A stretch of 64,000 nt of DNA, from positions 96,001 through 160,000 of the forward strand of contig CAWDPO010000015.1 of NCBI GenBank assembly GCA_963804165.1, in the 5' to 3' direction. This DNA comes from an uncultured delta proteobacterium (lineage in GTDB: Bacteria; Desulfobacterota; Binatia; UBA9968). A program made the position numbers and the translations under genes. Of this stretch, positions 28,048-37,753 are shown piece by piece; within the stretch, counting starts at the first letter, position 1; every line of letters starts with the position of its first letter. The notes under the pieces are model-generated. The model saw only the letters and a list, made by a program, of their open reading frames with translations, searched no databases and was not told the DNA's origin.

Positions 28048-28760
28048 GCAATCAAACGAAAGTAAAACAAGCGGCGACCGTAATCCTGCTGCGACGGGCG
28101 GCGCCGAAAGGGTTCGAAGTATTCCTTACTCGGCGTCCCGACACGATGCCGTTTCTTGGCGGCATGTATTGTTACCCCGGCGGCGCCGTGATCAAGGAAG
28201 ATTATGGCTCTCGAGTGATCGAACGGTCTTGGGGAGTGACCGGTGATCAAGCGCGTAAGCGTATCGGGGCGCACTTCAGTCCACAAAAGGCCCTCGGGTT
28301 TTGGATTGCCGGGATTCGCGAACTGTTCGAAGAGGTCGGAGTATTACTGGCCGTCGATCCCTCCGGCGCGCGCGTTCTGATGAGTCGAACGCGAGCAAAG
28401 CGACTGGCGCAAAATCGCCACGCGCTGCTCAACAAATCGCTGAGTTTCGTTGCACTGCTCGAAAACGAAGATCTATGCTGCGATCTATCGAGCCTGGCAT
28501 ACTTGTCTCATTGGCAGACGCCGGCGCACACTTCACTGCGTTTTGACACGCGATTCTTTCTGGTCGCGTTGCCCGAAGACCAAACTCCAATGTCGACTTC
28601 CTACGAGGTTGCCCACAGTCTCTGGCTTACTCCCGACCGTGCGATCCAGCTCTTTGAGCGTGGCGAGTTGCCGTTGATATTTCCAACTTTCGCGACCCTC
28701 CGAATGTTGGCAGATTTCGAAACTCTGGAGAGCGTGTTCAAAGATTTTGACGGTCGTTGA
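28044..28760 (+). CDS. NUDIX hydrolase (Nudt19-like)
   Basis: AATVILLR, YPGG, IRELFEEVG, HWQTP..RFDTRFF, FPT. Confidence 0.9.
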   Translation: MSNQTKVKQAATVILLRRAAPKGFEVFLTRRPDTMPFLGGMYCYPGGAVIKEDYGSRVIERSWGVTGDQARKRIGAHFSPQKALGFWIAGIRELFEEVGVLLAVDPSGARVLMSRTRAKRLAQNRHALLNKSLSFVALLENEDLCCDLSSLAYLSHWQTPAHTSLRFDTRFFLVALPEDQTPMSTSYEVAHSLWLTPDRAIQLFERGELPLIFPTFATLRMLADFETLESVFKDFDGR

Positions 28761-29003
28761 ATCGGGCCGAATTCGGCGGACGCTGCCGCGTCAATGATTT
28801 CGGGAGTGATACTGAGGGATCGTCCCTTCGAACGCGCACGCATGTTAGTTTGCTCGTAAAGTCATTTGCCGACATAATTCCGCTCGCTTCGAGCGTTGTC
28901 ATTGAATTGGCACGGCTAGTCGGTTAATTTGAAAGCTCTCACGCGGGTTGTCGCCCCTTGGGATTTTCCTGTTGCGCTACATTCAACTGCTAGAACGAAC
29001 GAC

Positions 29004-30266
29004 GTGATTCACTCTTTGCGCGGACGCTTGTCCGATCTCTACTACGGCTGGCGCATGATCGCAGTCGGCGCGACGCTGCGGATTTTGGGCGGCGGACTCT
29101 ACTTTTACGGCTTCTCGGTTTTCTTTCTTCCGTTAAGTCAGGATCTTAATCTCAGCCGCGCGTCGACATCTCTCGTGTTTTCTTTGGCGCGCGCTCAGGG
29201 CGCATTCGAAGGTCCCATTGCCGGTTATTTCATGGATCGTCACGGTCCGCGGCCTCTCATGATTATGGCGCTCGTGATGACCGGCGTCGGCCACATGCTG
29301 CTCTCGGGCGTCACCAGTTACGTCATGCTGCTCATCGTTTACATGGGCGTGGTGTCGCTTTCCTTTCATGCCGGCTTCATGGATGCGCCGATGTTAATCG
29401 CCAACACTTGGTTTATTCGCAAGCGAACCATGGCGATGGCATTGGTGAGTGGCTCGATCGGTATCGGTGGGTTTATTTTTACGCCGATATTGTCGGCGGC
29501 GGTTCACGCGTATGGTTGGCGCCAAACGGCTTTCGGTTGCGGCATCGCATTTATCGTCATCGGCATGCCGTTGGCCCTTCTGGTTCGCCGCTCGCCGGAA
29601 AGCATCGGCTTGCTTCCCGATGGCGACCAGATCAGCGGCGCCAACACGGCTCGTTCCGGAGGAGTACAAGCGAACGAAGAGGTGAATTTTACAGTCGCGC
29701 AGGCGCTGCGCACATCGTCATTTTGGTTCATCACCAGCGCGACCGCCATACGCGTCATTATTCTCAGCGCGATCAATGTGCACTATGTCGCGCTCATGGT
29801 CTGGAAAGGTGTCAGCGAGCAGCGCGCGGCGTTTTTCCTGGCCGCGCAGGCGTTCATGTCCGTAGCTGCACATCTCTTGTTCGGCTGGATTGGCGATCGA
29901 CTGAACAAGCCCCGGCTCATGGCGGCGTGTATGCTGCTTGCGATGATTTCCATGTTCGTCCTCGCGCGCGTGCATACGGAATACGCGATTTTGATTTTCA
30001 TCGCGCTATTCAGCGTGGTGGAGTCGACTTTTCCCGTCAACTGGTCGACCGTCGGAGAATATTTCGGGCGGAAAAATTTTGCCAAGATCCGCGGTTCGAT
30101 GGGATTCGTATCGACCTGGGGCAGCGTTATCGGCCCGGTTATTGCCGGCATGATTTACGACCGAACCCAGAGCTATGAAATCGTGATTTGGTCCTCGGCG
30201 GTTTTACTGCTGTTGGCAAGCGTGCTCTACGCGTCAGTCAAAAAGCCGTTACCGCCCGTCCATTGA
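29004..30266 (+). CDS. MFS transporter (OFA-like)
   Basis: About 12 TM segments, GYFMDRHGPR motif A, YFGRKNFAKIRG. Confidence 0.92.
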   Translation: MIHSLRGRLSDLYYGWRMIAVGATLRILGGGLYFYGFSVFFLPLSQDLNLSRASTSLVFSLARAQGAFEGPIAGYFMDRHGPRPLMIMALVMTGVGHMLLSGVTSYVMLLIVYMGVVSLSFHAGFMDAPMLIANTWFIRKRTMAMALVSGSIGIGGFIFTPILSAAVHAYGWRQTAFGCGIAFIVIGMPLALLVRRSPESIGLLPDGDQISGANTARSGGVQANEEVNFTVAQALRTSSFWFITSATAIRVIILSAINVHYVALMVWKGVSEQRAAFFLAAQAFMSVAAHLLFGWIGDRLNKPRLMAACMLLAMISMFVLARVHTEYAILIFIALFSVVESTFPVNWSTVGEYFGRKNFAKIRGSMGFVSTWGSVIGPVIAGMIYDRTQSYEIVIWSSAVLLLLASVLYASVKKPLPPVH

Positions 30267-30287
30267 CCGAGCGCTGTATTTTGGCTT

Positions 30288-31214
30288 TTACACTTTCCAC
30301 GAGTCACAATAGCGCACCGCGACAACTTGATCATAAGCGACTGCCCCCGAAAGATGTCCCACGGATAGCGCGAAGCGGTTCATTTTAATAATCGCATCTT
30401 CAGTGATTACAGGATTGTAGAACTCGGTGTCGCGGGCGACGACGTTCGAAATCAGTTCCGCCGCGTCTTGGGGAAATTTCCGCCTGCCGACTTCGCGTGC
30501 CAATGACGGATCCGCGCGCAGCGCTTTCTGCGCCTTGACGATCGCTCGCACTGCTGCGGCGACGGCTTCCGGTTCCTCAGCGATAAATCTATCGGTCGTC
30601 GCCATTCCGGCGAAAGTGAAGAAGCGCACTTCGTCGGGATCGTCGCCGCGGCGCACGTCAATCAGAATTTTGCCGACTCCGCGACTGACCGCAGTCTCTG
30701 CGCCCATGGCGTTGGCCCAGAATCCGTCTATCTTCCCTGCCTCCAATGCCCGCGCGGCGAACACGCCGAAAGAAACATTGCGCGACTTAGCGCCGGACAG
30801 TTCGACCATGTGCAAGTCGCGAGCGGGATCGATGCCTGCGCCGCTGAGCATTCTTTTGAGCGCCAGGTCCGGTCCTTGCGCCGCAGTCAGACGAAGACCG
30901 CGAAGCGCATTGAGATCTCCGCGCTTCGCCGGCAAATCGGCTCTCACCGTCACGAGCCACGGTGTTCCTTGCGACAGCGCCACGACGATCTTGACGCCCT
31001 GCCAATCCGGAAATTCCGTCAAGACATCGTGCACCGAGCCGGCGATCATCGCGTCGGCGTTGCCGTCACGCAGCGCCTTAGTCGCTCCTAACATTGCGGC
31101 CAGCTCGATGCGCGCGTCCAATCCTTCTGCTTTGAAGTAGCCCAACTCATCCGCGGCGAGAGCGGGGAAACACGTGTTGCTGACCAAATCGACGGCTGCG
31201 ATCCGAAATTGCAC
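30288..31214 (-). CDS. ABC-type substrate-binding protein (NMT1/SsuA-like) lacking an evident signal peptide
   Basis: FPALAADELGYFKAEGLD pattern, PBP2 fold features. Confidence 0.8.
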   Translation of the reverse strand: MQFRIAAVDLVSNTCFPALAADELGYFKAEGLDARIELAAMLGATKALRDGNADAMIAGSVHDVLTEFPDWQGVKIVVALSQGTPWLVTVRADLPAKRGDLNALRGLRLTAAQGPDLALKRMLSGAGIDPARDLHMVELSGAKSRNVSFGVFAARALEAGKIDGFWANAMGAETAVSRGVGKILIDVRRGDDPDEVRFFTFAGMATTDRFIAEEPEAVAAAVRAIVKAQKALRADPSLAREVGRRKFPQDAAELISNVVARDTEFYNPVITEDAIIKMNRFALSVGHLSGAVAYDQVVAVRYCDSWKV

Positions 31215-31348
31215 GAAAACCTCACGATCGAAATTTAGAAAGCGACTATGCGTGATTCAAAGAGTTTGTTCAAACTCGATTGGGTCAAGCACTAGTTGGA
31301 ATGTCTTGTTCGTGCTATAGGCGAGATCATCAAAAAAGGAGTCGACCC

Positions 31349-32071
31349 ATGGCAACAACCAGCTCGGTGCAAATTGGCATTCTCTCGCCCGCAACCCCCA
31401 ATCGCCCGCACTTCAAGTCGCTCGATGGTATATTGCCGGCCGGCGTGTCAATCGCGCATGAAGGTCTCGGTTTGCTCGGCGAATCCTATCAAGATCTTGC
31501 CGGCAAGGAAGACGTGATCATCAGTCGCGCGCGCGACCTCGTCGAAAAACATAAAGTGTTTGGTCTGATGCTCACGGGCGGTTTCGTCACGCTATTCAAT
31601 CCCGGTATAGAAGCGAAGGTCGCCAACGCTATAGGTTTACCCGTCGTCAGCGCAATTTCATCGGCTGTCGCCGCTCTATCGGCGTTCGAAGCCAAATCCG
31701 TACTGCTCATGACTCCTTTCGATCGCGCGTCGAATGAAGGCATCAAAACCCATGTCGATAGACTCGGCTTCACGCTTTATCTCGGCCCCTCGTTCGACAA
31801 CCGTATACCCGGCACGTCTTTGAACCTGAGTCAGGATCAGCTTTTTGGTCTGGTCGAAGAAACATTCCGCAAAATTCCGGCACAAGCAATCTACTTTCAG
31901 GGCGCAACCATGGACCCGCTGCCGATCATTCAACGTATAGAGGATCGCCTTGGTGTGCCGGTCGTTACCAGTAACACTGCTATGATATGGAATCTGTTGT
32001 CGAAGCTCGGCTTGAAATATTCGGTCAAAAACCATGGACGGCTGTTAGCTGAGTGGCCATCGATCCGATGA
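31349..32071 (+). CDS. Arylmalonate decarboxylase / maleate isomerase (Asp/Glu racemase superfamily)-like protein without Cys
   Basis: IGILSP, LMTPF, IEDRLGVPVVTSNTAMIW, GRLL; ATG at 31349 with AGGAG RBS. Confidence 0.8.
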   Translation: MATTSSVQIGILSPATPNRPHFKSLDGILPAGVSIAHEGLGLLGESYQDLAGKEDVIISRARDLVEKHKVFGLMLTGGFVTLFNPGIEAKVANAIGLPVVSAISSAVAALSAFEAKSVLLMTPFDRASNEGIKTHVDRLGFTLYLGPSFDNRIPGTSLNLSQDQLFGLVEETFRKIPAQAIYFQGATMDPLPIIQRIEDRLGVPVVTSNTAMIWNLLSKLGLKYSVKNHGRLLAEWPSIR

Positions 32072-32138
32072 TGCTTGGTTCATTAAAGGAACCGAATCTG
32101 ACCCGCTTGAACTACCGGTCAACTTGCCGCGGCGAAGG

Positions 32139-34052
32139 TTATTTGCTCCCCAATGACGATTTCAATTCCAACGCTTGCCAGCGCTCGTAGGATTCCTCGA
32201 GTTCGCGCTTCACGGCTTCCAGCCGCTCCATTGATGCAGTTATCTCGTCCCTCGATTTTCGATAAAAGGCGCTGTCATTCAGCCGAGCGTGCAGTTCGGC
32301 TTGCTCGGTTTCCAGTACTTCGATCTTGCCCGGTAACGCTTCCAGATCACGCTGTTCCTTGTAGCTTAGTTTGCGCGAAGTCTCGGCACGCTTCGGCGTC
32401 GTAGAACCGGTAATTGATGATGTGTTTGGTCCGGCCCGCTGCAGATTGGGAACTTCGGGGATCGAGCGTTGATAGCGCTCCCAGTCCTGGTAGCCACCGG
32501 CGTATTCACTGAATCTTCCGTCTCCTTCGAACACCAATGTGCTGGTGACGACGTTATCAAGAAAAGTTCGGTCATGGCTGACGAGCAGCAATGTGCCTTC
32601 GTAATCGGCCAGAAGGTCTTCCAGCAACTCCAAAGTGTCGACATCCAAATCGTTGGTCGGCTCGTCGAGCACCATCATATTGGCTGACTGAGTGAAGATC
32701 TTGGCGAGCAGTAATCGGTTGCGCTCGCCGCCGGACAACGCTTTGACCGGCGAGTCGATTCGCTGCGGCGGGAAAAGAAAGTCCTTCAAATAGCCGATCA
32801 CATGACGCGAATGTCCCCTGACCGTGACGTAATCGGAGTCGCTTATGTTCTCGCGCACTGTCTTTTCGCCATCGAGCAAGCGCCGGTGCTGGTCAAAATA
32901 CGCCAGCTGCAGTCGGGTGCCCAAAACGACTTCGCCGCTACTGGGTTTAAGTTCCCCCAGTATCAATTTAAGCAGGGTGCTTTTGCCGGAGCCGTTGGGG
33001 CCGATGATGCCGACACGCTCGCCGCGTAAGATACGCGTCGAAAAATCTCTGACAATCACGTTATCGTCATAGCCGAAATTCACGCGCCTCACGTCGACCA
33101 CCAATTTGCCGGATAGCGCGCCGGCATCAAGGCTGAATCGCGCTTTGCCTTGCGCCTCCAGGCGATCGGCCTTTTCTCGCCGCAGCGTTTGCAGCGCCCT
33201 TACGCGACCTTCATTGCGCGTGCGCCGCGCCTTGATTCCTTGGCGTATCCAAGATTCTTCCTCGGCGAGTTTCTTGTCGACCTTTGCCAAAGCACGTTCC
33301 TCGATATCGAGCAGCTCGTCCTTCTTTTGCAGATAACTATCGAAGTTACCGGGAAAGGACGTCAAGCGGCCGCGATCCAATTCAACGATGCGTGTCGCCA
33401 ATCGGCGCACGAAAGTACGATCGTGGGTGATGAACATCACGCCGCCGTTGTAGTTAAGGAGATATTTCTCCAGCCAAGTGATGGCGTTGATGTCGAGGTG
33501 GTTGGTCGGTTCGTCGAGCAACAAAAGGTCCGGCTCGCTCACCAGCGCGCGCGCCAACATCACTTGCCGGCGGGTGCCACCGGAGCAATCAGCCAGGCGT
33601 TTATCTTCGGGTAAATTCAGGCGGGTTAAAACTGTTTCAACCTTCTGATTGATATTCCAGCCGTTAAGCGTTTCGATGCGCGCTTGGAGCTTGGCCAGCT
33701 CGAGCAGCGACTCGCGCTGCTCCAGGCCATGGCGATGCGTAAGGTTGTGAAATTCCGTGAGCAAAGCCCCAAGCTCGCCGAGCCCGGAAGCAACGACTTC
33801 AAAGATGCTCTGCTCGGTATCCGGCGGCACTTCCTGTTCGAGATGGCCGACGCGCAGCGTCGCCATGCGCCGGACCTGCCCTTCGTCCGGCACGGCCATT
33901 CCGGTGACAACACGAAATAGCGTCGTCTTTCCGGTGCCATTTCGCCCGACGAGACAGACCCGTTCACCCGAAGCGATCTGCAAATCAACGTGGGCAAGTA
34001 AGGGCACATGGCCGTACGCAATGGAGAGATTTTCGAGGCGCAGCAAAGGCAT
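32139..34052 (-). CDS. uup: ABC-F family ATPase Uup
   Basis: Two ABC domains (GRNGTGKT, GPNGSGKS), linker WIRQGIKARRTRNEGRVRAL, C-terminal KLSYKEQR coiled coil. Confidence 0.93.
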   Translation of the reverse strand: MPLLRLENLSIAYGHVPLLAHVDLQIASGERVCLVGRNGTGKTTLFRVVTGMAVPDEGQVRRMATLRVGHLEQEVPPDTEQSIFEVVASGLGELGALLTEFHNLTHRHGLEQRESLLELAKLQARIETLNGWNINQKVETVLTRLNLPEDKRLADCSGGTRRQVMLARALVSEPDLLLLDEPTNHLDINAITWLEKYLLNYNGGVMFITHDRTFVRRLATRIVELDRGRLTSFPGNFDSYLQKKDELLDIEERALAKVDKKLAEEESWIRQGIKARRTRNEGRVRALQTLRREKADRLEAQGKARFSLDAGALSGKLVVDVRRVNFGYDDNVIVRDFSTRILRGERVGIIGPNGSGKSTLLKLILGELKPSSGEVVLGTRLQLAYFDQHRRLLDGEKTVRENISDSDYVTVRGHSRHVIGYLKDFLFPPQRIDSPVKALSGGERNRLLLAKIFTQSANMMVLDEPTNDLDVDTLELLEDLLADYEGTLLLVSHDRTFLDNVVTSTLVFEGDGRFSEYAGGYQDWERYQRSIPEVPNLQRAGPNTSSITGSTTPKRAETSRKLSYKEQRDLEALPGKIEVLETEQAELHARLNDSAFYRKSRDEITASMERLEAVKRELEESYERWQALELKSSLGSK

Positions 34053-34128
34053 ATGGATGCATTTCTACTCGATCAACTGACTGCACTCGACGGTCATGGG
34101 AGCGAAGAAAGTCGAGACTAAGGTGCCC

Positions 34129-34428
34129 TTATTTCATCAGAGCGATAGCGAGTGCGAGGACGGCAATTGTTCCGGTAGCGATCAGGGCGAAGATCACGAT
34201 TTGTAGCCGCTTTTGCGCTTTTTCCAGCAGGGCATGAATAATATTCATTTGCACGTCGATGGTGTTATTGAGGGTTGACTGAACTTCCATGGCATTTTCA
34301 ATCGCGTCGAGGCGAGCTTCCGCGCCGTTTGGACGCGATTCGGTGATTCGCTTTCGCAGGTAACTGACCGCCGCCGCACTTTCTAACACGAGCGGTCCGA
34401 GTTTTTGGATAAGTTCTCTCATCGCCAT
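34129..34428 (-). CDS. Hypothetical protein with C-terminal TM helix
   Basis: 99-aa ORF, coiled-coil then hydrophobic C-terminus. Confidence 0.6.
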   Translation of the reverse strand: MAMRELIQKLGPLVLESAAAVSYLRKRITESRPNGAEARLDAIENAMEVQSTLNNTIDVQMNIIHALLEKAQKRLQIVIFALIATGTIAVLALAIALMK

Positions 34429-34784
34429 GAATTAGCACCGTCCCATAACATCGATATCATACCTGACTTTAAGACAGCGACAAAGCCCAGTGCATCGGAG
34501 TTTTTTGGCTGTTGGACGAAATGCGCCGCTGCAACAAAAAGTTTAGCGGTGGATGAAGGGTCTGGGTTTTATTATAGGAACCGACGGTCTCTGATCCGCA
34601 CGAGCCCCGTAGATGCACGCTCCGGATCGTTCATCTTATTTGAACCAGACGAGGCTGAGAAATTTTCAGATTTCGCCGGAGGATCGAAGAGCAGATCTAG
34701 GATTTCCGAGATCTCCCGCTATTCCCTGCTATGGACGGATGAATAGCGATGACCGTGCGTGGTCGCCCAGCCTTGAGGGCCCAG

Positions 34785-35921
34785 TCAGCCGGTTTGCTTG
34801 CCTAGCTGCTGCATTGGCCGGTCCGGGAGCTCGGCAACCGTGAGGTCCACATGAATCTCTCGTTGATCTCTTTGAACCGTCAGTCGAACTTGCTTCGATA
34901 TCGGTGTACGCGCGATCCATATCGGCAGATCAAGAGCGTCAGTCACCGTCTTACCGTCAAATTCCGTTATGACGTCGCCGAGCTTTATGCCGCTGTGGTC
35001 GGCCGGTCCGCCCTTTATAATGCCGGCGACGAGGGCGCCGCTCGGTTTTTGAAGACCCAACGTATCTGCCAGTGCCGACGTCATTTCCTGGATCGACAAG
35101 CCCGCCCAGCCACGAGTTACTTTTCCCTGGCTCTGGAGCTGTGGCAGGATTTCCTTCACTGAATTAATCGGCGTCGCGAAGCTGATGCCGATACTGCCGC
35201 CGGTGTCACTGACGATGGCCTTGTTCAGCCCGACGACTTGTCCGTTAAGATTGATCAAGGGACCGCCGGAGCTTCCTGGATTGAGAGGCGCGTCGGTTTG
35301 AATGAGACGATCGTACGCTTCACCAATGTGCCGTCCCTTTCCGCTCACGATTCCCGAGCTCACACTGTTGTCCAAACCGAACGGATTTCCGACGGCCATG
35401 ACCCATTCGCCTACTTCAAGACGGTCCGAGTCGCCGAGTCCAATGGTTGGCAAACTCTCTTGTACCGCAATTTTTAACACTGCAACATCCGTCGGCGTAT
35501 CCTTTCCCAGGATCTTGGCCTCGAATTCTCGCTTGTCTCCAAGCTTGACGAAAATCCTCTTGGCGCCTTCAACGACATGTGCGTTGGTCAAAATAATTCC
35601 ATCCGAGCCGATGATAAATCCCGAACCTTGTTGGCGTCGTGGCGCTGGCGCTGCGCGAGGTGGTACGCCAAAAAATTTATCCAGCATTTCATCAGCGGGA
35701 TCATTCTCCTGTGATTGCGCGCCCGGGGGCACAAGGACGGATGGTGCCACCGATGCCGACACGTTGACGACAGCGGGCTGCAGCTGCCGCGCCAGCGTTA
35801 CGAAGTCCGGCCCTCTTTGGGGGGCTGTGCTGGCCATCCGGTCTCTTATGCTCTGGCCGCAGCCAAGCCCGGTCAAAACGATGAGAAGGCAGAATAACAG
35901 ACGCGATATCGTATTACGCAT
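34785..35921 (-). CDS. HtrA/DegP-family serine protease with one PDZ domain, probable lipoprotein
   Basis: GSGFII, TNAHVV, TDVAVLK, IQTDAPLNPGSSGGPL; GLGC lipobox-like motif; GGAGG RBS before ATG 35921. Confidence 0.93.
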   Translation of the reverse strand: MRNTISRLLFCLLIVLTGLGCGQSIRDRMASTAPQRGPDFVTLARQLQPAVVNVSASVAPSVLVPPGAQSQENDPADEMLDKFFGVPPRAAPAPRRQQGSGFIIGSDGIILTNAHVVEGAKRIFVKLGDKREFEAKILGKDTPTDVAVLKIAVQESLPTIGLGDSDRLEVGEWVMAVGNPFGLDNSVSSGIVSGKGRHIGEAYDRLIQTDAPLNPGSSGGPLINLNGQVVGLNKAIVSDTGGSIGISFATPINSVKEILPQLQSQGKVTRGWAGLSIQEMTSALADTLGLQKPSGALVAGIIKGGPADHSGIKLGDVITEFDGKTVTDALDLPIWIARTPISKQVRLTVQRDQREIHVDLTVAELPDRPMQQLGKQTG

Positions 35922-36062
35922 ACGAAACCATCCTCCATGCAAACCTTAGCGATCACCAGAGTTCAAACAAATTACACGGCGTGACGCACCGCGATAAAAA
36001 ACGCCGTTCGTCGCGAGACACAAACGATCCCTAGCGTATCCTTGCCTTGATGAAAGTAGCGC

Positions 36063-36078
36063 GCAAGCTCTATGCCAA
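36063..36078 (-). promoter_or_regulatory. sigma54 (-24/-12) promoter upstream of the HtrA gene
   Basis: Minus strand TTGGCATAGAGCTTGC; GG-N10-GC spacing exact. Confidence 0.75.
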
Positions 36079-36298
36079 AAATACGCTTTCAAAGTTTCGC
36101 CCTAGGAGTGCGATTATTTAGACATTTCGAGATTGTGCACGACGGATGTGCAGGATTTTTCCTGGTTATATGCAGGAATTAACTGAAACATGTTCGTGGT
36201 CTTAGGTTGCGGGTTTGGCCATGAAGTGGCGAGCCGGGTAAGATCGATTCAATACATCTCGATCGAAACACCGTAAAAACTGATTCAGATTCTCCCGG

Positions 36299-36324
36299 TG
36301 AAACCTTTCGAGCATTGGTTCGTC
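36299..36324 (+). promoter_or_regulatory. ECF sigma-type promoter
   Basis: TGAAAC-N16-CGTC, 23 nt upstream of ATG 36348. Confidence 0.7.
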
Positions 36325-36347
36325 AAAACAGATAGAAAGGGAAATTT

Positions 36348-36701
36348 ATGAAGACAGGAAAACAAATTATTGCCGGCATTGCGATGCTTGGAGGAATATT
36401 GACTTTCACGACAGCCGCGTCAGCAGACTGGGGCCACCGCGGACGTGAGCTAGGACACGATCGGCGAGAGCTTTCTGCGGCCAGGCGAGAACTAGGCCGT
36501 GATTTACGCCGTGGTGCGGGGCCGGCTGAGATCGCACGTGACCGGGCTGCTATTGCCCGCGAACGAAGGGAAATTTGGCAGGACAGGCGTGACTGGCGTA
36601 ATGATCGGTGGGGATACCGCGATAATTACCGATATCGCGACTGGGGCTGGCGTGATGATGACCACGGTCACCGTCCCGGCTGGTGGCATTGGGGATGGTA
36701 G
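36348..36701 (+). CDS. Secreted low-complexity R/D/W-rich protein
   Basis: Signal peptide ending ASA-D; repeats RRELxxDRREL / DRRD; AAAGGGA RBS. Confidence 0.8.
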   Translation: MKTGKQIIAGIAMLGGILTFTTAASADWGHRGRELGHDRRELSAARRELGRDLRRGAGPAEIARDRAAIARERREIWQDRRDWRNDRWGYRDNYRYRDWGWRDDDHGHRPGWWHWGW

Positions 36702-36815
36702 GATCACCGTTAGTTAGGGCTGATCGAATGACAGCCTCACTCTAGGCTGACTTAATTAACAAGAATTGCCCGTCACTAAAAGTCACTCAGTCCGCCATGT
36801 GCATCCTTCGAACAA

Positions 36816-36848
36816 TCCCGTGCCGCCCCCGAGATGGGCGGCACGGGA
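36816..36848. terminator. Strong GC-rich hairpin (terminator-like or small repeat)
   Basis: TCCCGTGCCGCCC-N7-GGGCGGCACGGGA perfect 13-bp stem; no clear U-tract. Confidence 0.5.
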
Positions 36849-37107
36849 ACTTATCACAGTGATCGATCCGGGGGACTTCGGGTCTTCCTAGGCAGCAGCT
36901 CTCGATTGAAGGGCATGACCGGGGACGGGCCACGAATGGAAATCGTTTTCTTCGCTTCGCCTCTTGCCTTTTGCCGGCGATGAGCTCACACTATCGCTAG
37001 GTGGACAATTTTCCCGCGTCGCTCACCTAAGACCAGACAAACGAGTCATTGATAAATTAGCTCTTCGCGCCTGCAAAACAGGTCCACCGAGAGAGGAGTT
37101 AATTACC

Positions 37108-37704
37108 ATGTGGAGCCGGTCTTACCGTAATCACGCCATCATGGCGTTTCCCAGTTACGATACGGTGACGAATTCATGGGCACCGCAGGCCGATATCAGT
37201 TGGCCGACCGGATCTGTCCGAGAGTCGGAATTCGTCCGATTTCCGATACGCGTCATGAGCGAAAGTGAGGCGGTTTCATGCGCTTTGAGCCGAGGTAAGT
37301 CATGGATTGATCGACGTCTCAAGCATGTCGATATCGCCCGACACAACGACCAGGGTCGCCTTTTACAACGAGTCGTAACCCTACGAAATAATTTTGCCGA
37401 AACTAATACAAACCAACCCTCGCAATTTCATGTGACCGATCGCGGTAGCTCGGCAAACGCCTTAACGTTTGATCAATTCAAATCGGCAATTGTCAGGCCT
37501 GGCCTGAAGCTGAGTGAAGAGGCCCTGCGTAAAAGCTATGCCGCGCTAATGAGATTGCGCAAGAAGGGTCATTGTTCTTGGGCCGAAATCAAAGCAAAAC
37601 TGAAGCACTCTCAGGAGTGTCTGACACCCATCGATACGTCCGCTAGAGGTGCCAATAGTGCTCGGCTGCCGCTCACTCAGCGAGACTGGCGGCGCATTGG
37701 CTAA
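37108..37704 (+). CDS. Hypothetical protein
   Basis: ATG 37108 after GAGGAG RBS; N-terminal domain ending GKSWIDRRL; no function recognised. Confidence 0.65.
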   Translation: MWSRSYRNHAIMAFPSYDTVTNSWAPQADISWPTGSVRESEFVRFPIRVMSESEAVSCALSRGKSWIDRRLKHVDIARHNDQGRLLQRVVTLRNNFAETNTNQPSQFHVTDRGSSANALTFDQFKSAIVRPGLKLSEEALRKSYAALMRLRKKGHCSWAEIKAKLKHSQECLTPIDTSARGANSARLPLTQRDWRRIG

Positions 37705-37753
37705 ATTGCGGCTGGAGGATTGAACACACTCTTGGGTAAGTCGCGGGCGATAC

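Noticed and set aside
28907-28923. sigma54-like TTGGCACG upstream of the MFS gene
   Set aside because: The -12 element is missing (GTCG instead of TTGC at the required spacing).
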